Source: Chiloscyllium plagiosum
Lineage: Eukaryota
Direction of reading: 5' to 3'
Assembly: GCF_004010195.1 (NCBI RefSeq)
Contig: NC_057744.1
Location: 4,703,589-4,752,391 of the forward strand
DNA length: 48,803 bases
Part shown: piece by piece, positions 46,964-48,803 of the stretch
Layout: each line of letters starts with the position of its first letter
Position numbering within the stretch: the first letter of the stretch is position 1
Position numbers and translations under genes: made by a program
Notes under the pieces: model-generated
Databases searched by the model: none
Seen by the model: the letters and a program-made list of their open reading frames with translations, nothing else
What the model was told of the DNA's origin: nothing

Positions 46964-47301
46964 CTGTATATAATGGTCGATTTCATGTAAACGTCAGCCC
47001 CCTATTTTTGGCCAAAAAAATCTGGAATTTTCCATATATCTAATGTAACAGTTGACCCTAGTTCTTCACAGTTAACAAATCAATATTTATGAGTCAGTGT
47101 GCCAGCCATTGCGCTCTGCTGTGGATTTTTAGAGTTCCTGCAATTTGGTTTTTTTCTCTTTATTATAGAGATTAATTGGGCTTTTGCTGATGATATGGTA
47201 TAACTTTTGACAGGCATGAAAATCTATGTAATTGTTGACCCCATGAATTTAACCTTAAAAAGTAGTCAAAAAAAATTCGACTATTACTCGAGTATATATG
47301 G
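46964..47301. mobile_element. Tc1/mariner (pogo/Tc2-like) MITE
   Basis: Termini ta-ctgtatata..ggtcga / tcgactattactcgagtatatatgg-ta, TA-flanked, with internal cgaccc-type subterminal repeats. Confidence 0.6.
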
Positions 47302-48216
47302 TAGTACTTCTGGGAGAAATCTTCACGTTTATCATGTCTTTCACAGTCTCAAGATGTCCCAAAGTGCTTTATAGCCAATAAAGTAATTTTTAAAGTGCAG
47401 GCACTGTTAGATATTTTCCTAATTAACCTACTCAGGGATATTATTATACACCTACGGAGAAAGTGGGACTTGAACCGCAATCTCCTAGTTCAGAGGTAGG
47501 GATACTACCATTACACCATAACAATCCTTGGATATATAAGGGGAACATTGCTACCATATTTATCCACCAAATTGCCACAAACACTGGGATGATCATGTCC
47601 AGATTATCTGTTTCACTGGTGTTTGTTGACGATGACTATATATCAGGAACTCTCCGCTTTTCTTAAAAATAGTTCAGTGGGAAAAAGGGAATTGATTAAC
47701 ATCTCGTCTGGAAGATGATATCCTCAGCACACCCTTAGCACAGCACTGGAATGTCAGTTTGGGGTACACAGTCAGGTTTCTAGTGTGGAGCATTCTGAGT
47801 GAGAGTGGAGAGAATCATTGGCCTGACACTGAATAATATTCATTTCTGTTGGATGTCCGTATTATTATGAAGTCAGATTTTTTTCAGGTGAGATTCTTTA
47901 AAATACCCTACTTAAAATAATAAATTTATTTTGCTTCAGAATTTACCATTACGATTTAACAATTTAACAAACTCACAAGATTACTTGGGCTGATTTAGGT
48001 GACATTTGTCAGGGTACATTGGAAATTTTGTAGATGAGCTAAGAGACATGGTAGCTAAATTTGCTGATGGTACAAAATAGGTAGGAAAGTAAGTTGTCAA
48101 AAGTGATATGAATGGGTTATGTGAATGGGCAAAAAATTGGCAGCTAGAGTCTAATGTTGGAAAATGTGAGTGTGCCCACTCTCACAAGAAGAATAAAGAA
48201 GCAGCATATTGTTTTT

Positions 48217-48526
48217 ATTTAGATTAGATTCCCGATGGTATTGGAAACAGACCCTTCAGCCCAACAAGTCCACACCAACCCTCTGAAGAGTAACCTAACC
48301 AAACCCATTCCTCTGCCCTATATTTACCCCTGAATAATTGCACCTAACACTTTGGGCAATTTAGCACAGCCAATTCACCTGGCCTGCACATCTTTGGATT
48401 GTGGGAGGAAACCCACACAGACACAGGAAGAATGTGCAAACTCCACACAGACAGTCTCCCGAGGCAGGAATTGAACCCTGGTGCTGTGAGGCAGCAGCAC
48501 TAACCACTGAGCCCACCATGCCACCA
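48217..48526 (-). mobile_element. HE1-type SINE inserted in a CR1 remnant (47990-48570)
   Basis: V-domain, tRNA head and (agatt)n tail. Confidence 0.9.
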
Positions 48527-48646
48527 TTTGAATGGACAGAGCAGAATTCTACGGGGATCTGGGTATCATGACTGGCATTCCTGCAAATCTTTTATTCTTT
48601 TCCACAGACCTTTAAAATCAGTCTATGGCTGTGACTTTGCAATCAG

Positions 48647-48803
48647 GCCTCCGTGCCTACTTCTTTAACCAAGACTCTCGCCCACCCTCTGACGACCCCT
48701 TCTCCCGCCTCCAACACACCCCATCCCCTGGACACCCCCGTGCTGGCCTCCTACCTGCCCTCGACCTCTTCATAGCCAACTGCCGCCGCGATATTAACCG
48801 CCA
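48647..48803 (+). mobile_element. Penelope-like (Neptune-type) ORF fragment, runs off the window
   Basis: RLRAYFFNQDSRPPSDDPFSRLQHTPSPWTPRAGLLPALDLFIANCRRDINR; GC- and CpG-rich, so it looks young. Confidence 0.7.

Overview
Eukaryotic, repeat-dense vertebrate genomic DNA with three N-gaps (4761-5090, 14126-14163, 24508-24589). It is almost certainly an elasmobranch (shark): HE1-type tRNA-derived SINEs, abundant CR1 LINEs, L2, Tx1, Penelope-like elements and a ~70-bp satellite are all present. The one well-supported host gene is SCN2B (voltage-gated sodium channel beta-2 subunit) on the minus strand. Its coding exons 31265-31431, 29618-29828 and 27968-28167 have canonical splice sites and 167/211/200-nt lengths matching human exons 2-4 as I recall them. 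Its signal-peptide exon 1 could not be placed with confidence. Almost all other ORFs in the track are transposon remnants or noise. Points worth follow-up: (i) about 10 minimal hammerhead-ribozyme cores in Penelope-derived modules, several being ~110-140-nt insertions that start just 5' of the core, plus fold-back arrangements; (ii) an SCN2B stop codon that overlaps a splice donor, with a candidate micro-exon giving an alternative C-terminus, and an inverted LINE pair between them; (iii) a near-identical ~560-bp inverted copy linking two opposite CR1 elements ~8 kb apart; (iv) a young-looking hAT-Charlie/Buster deletion derivative with intact TSDs. I found no clearly novel protein-coding system.
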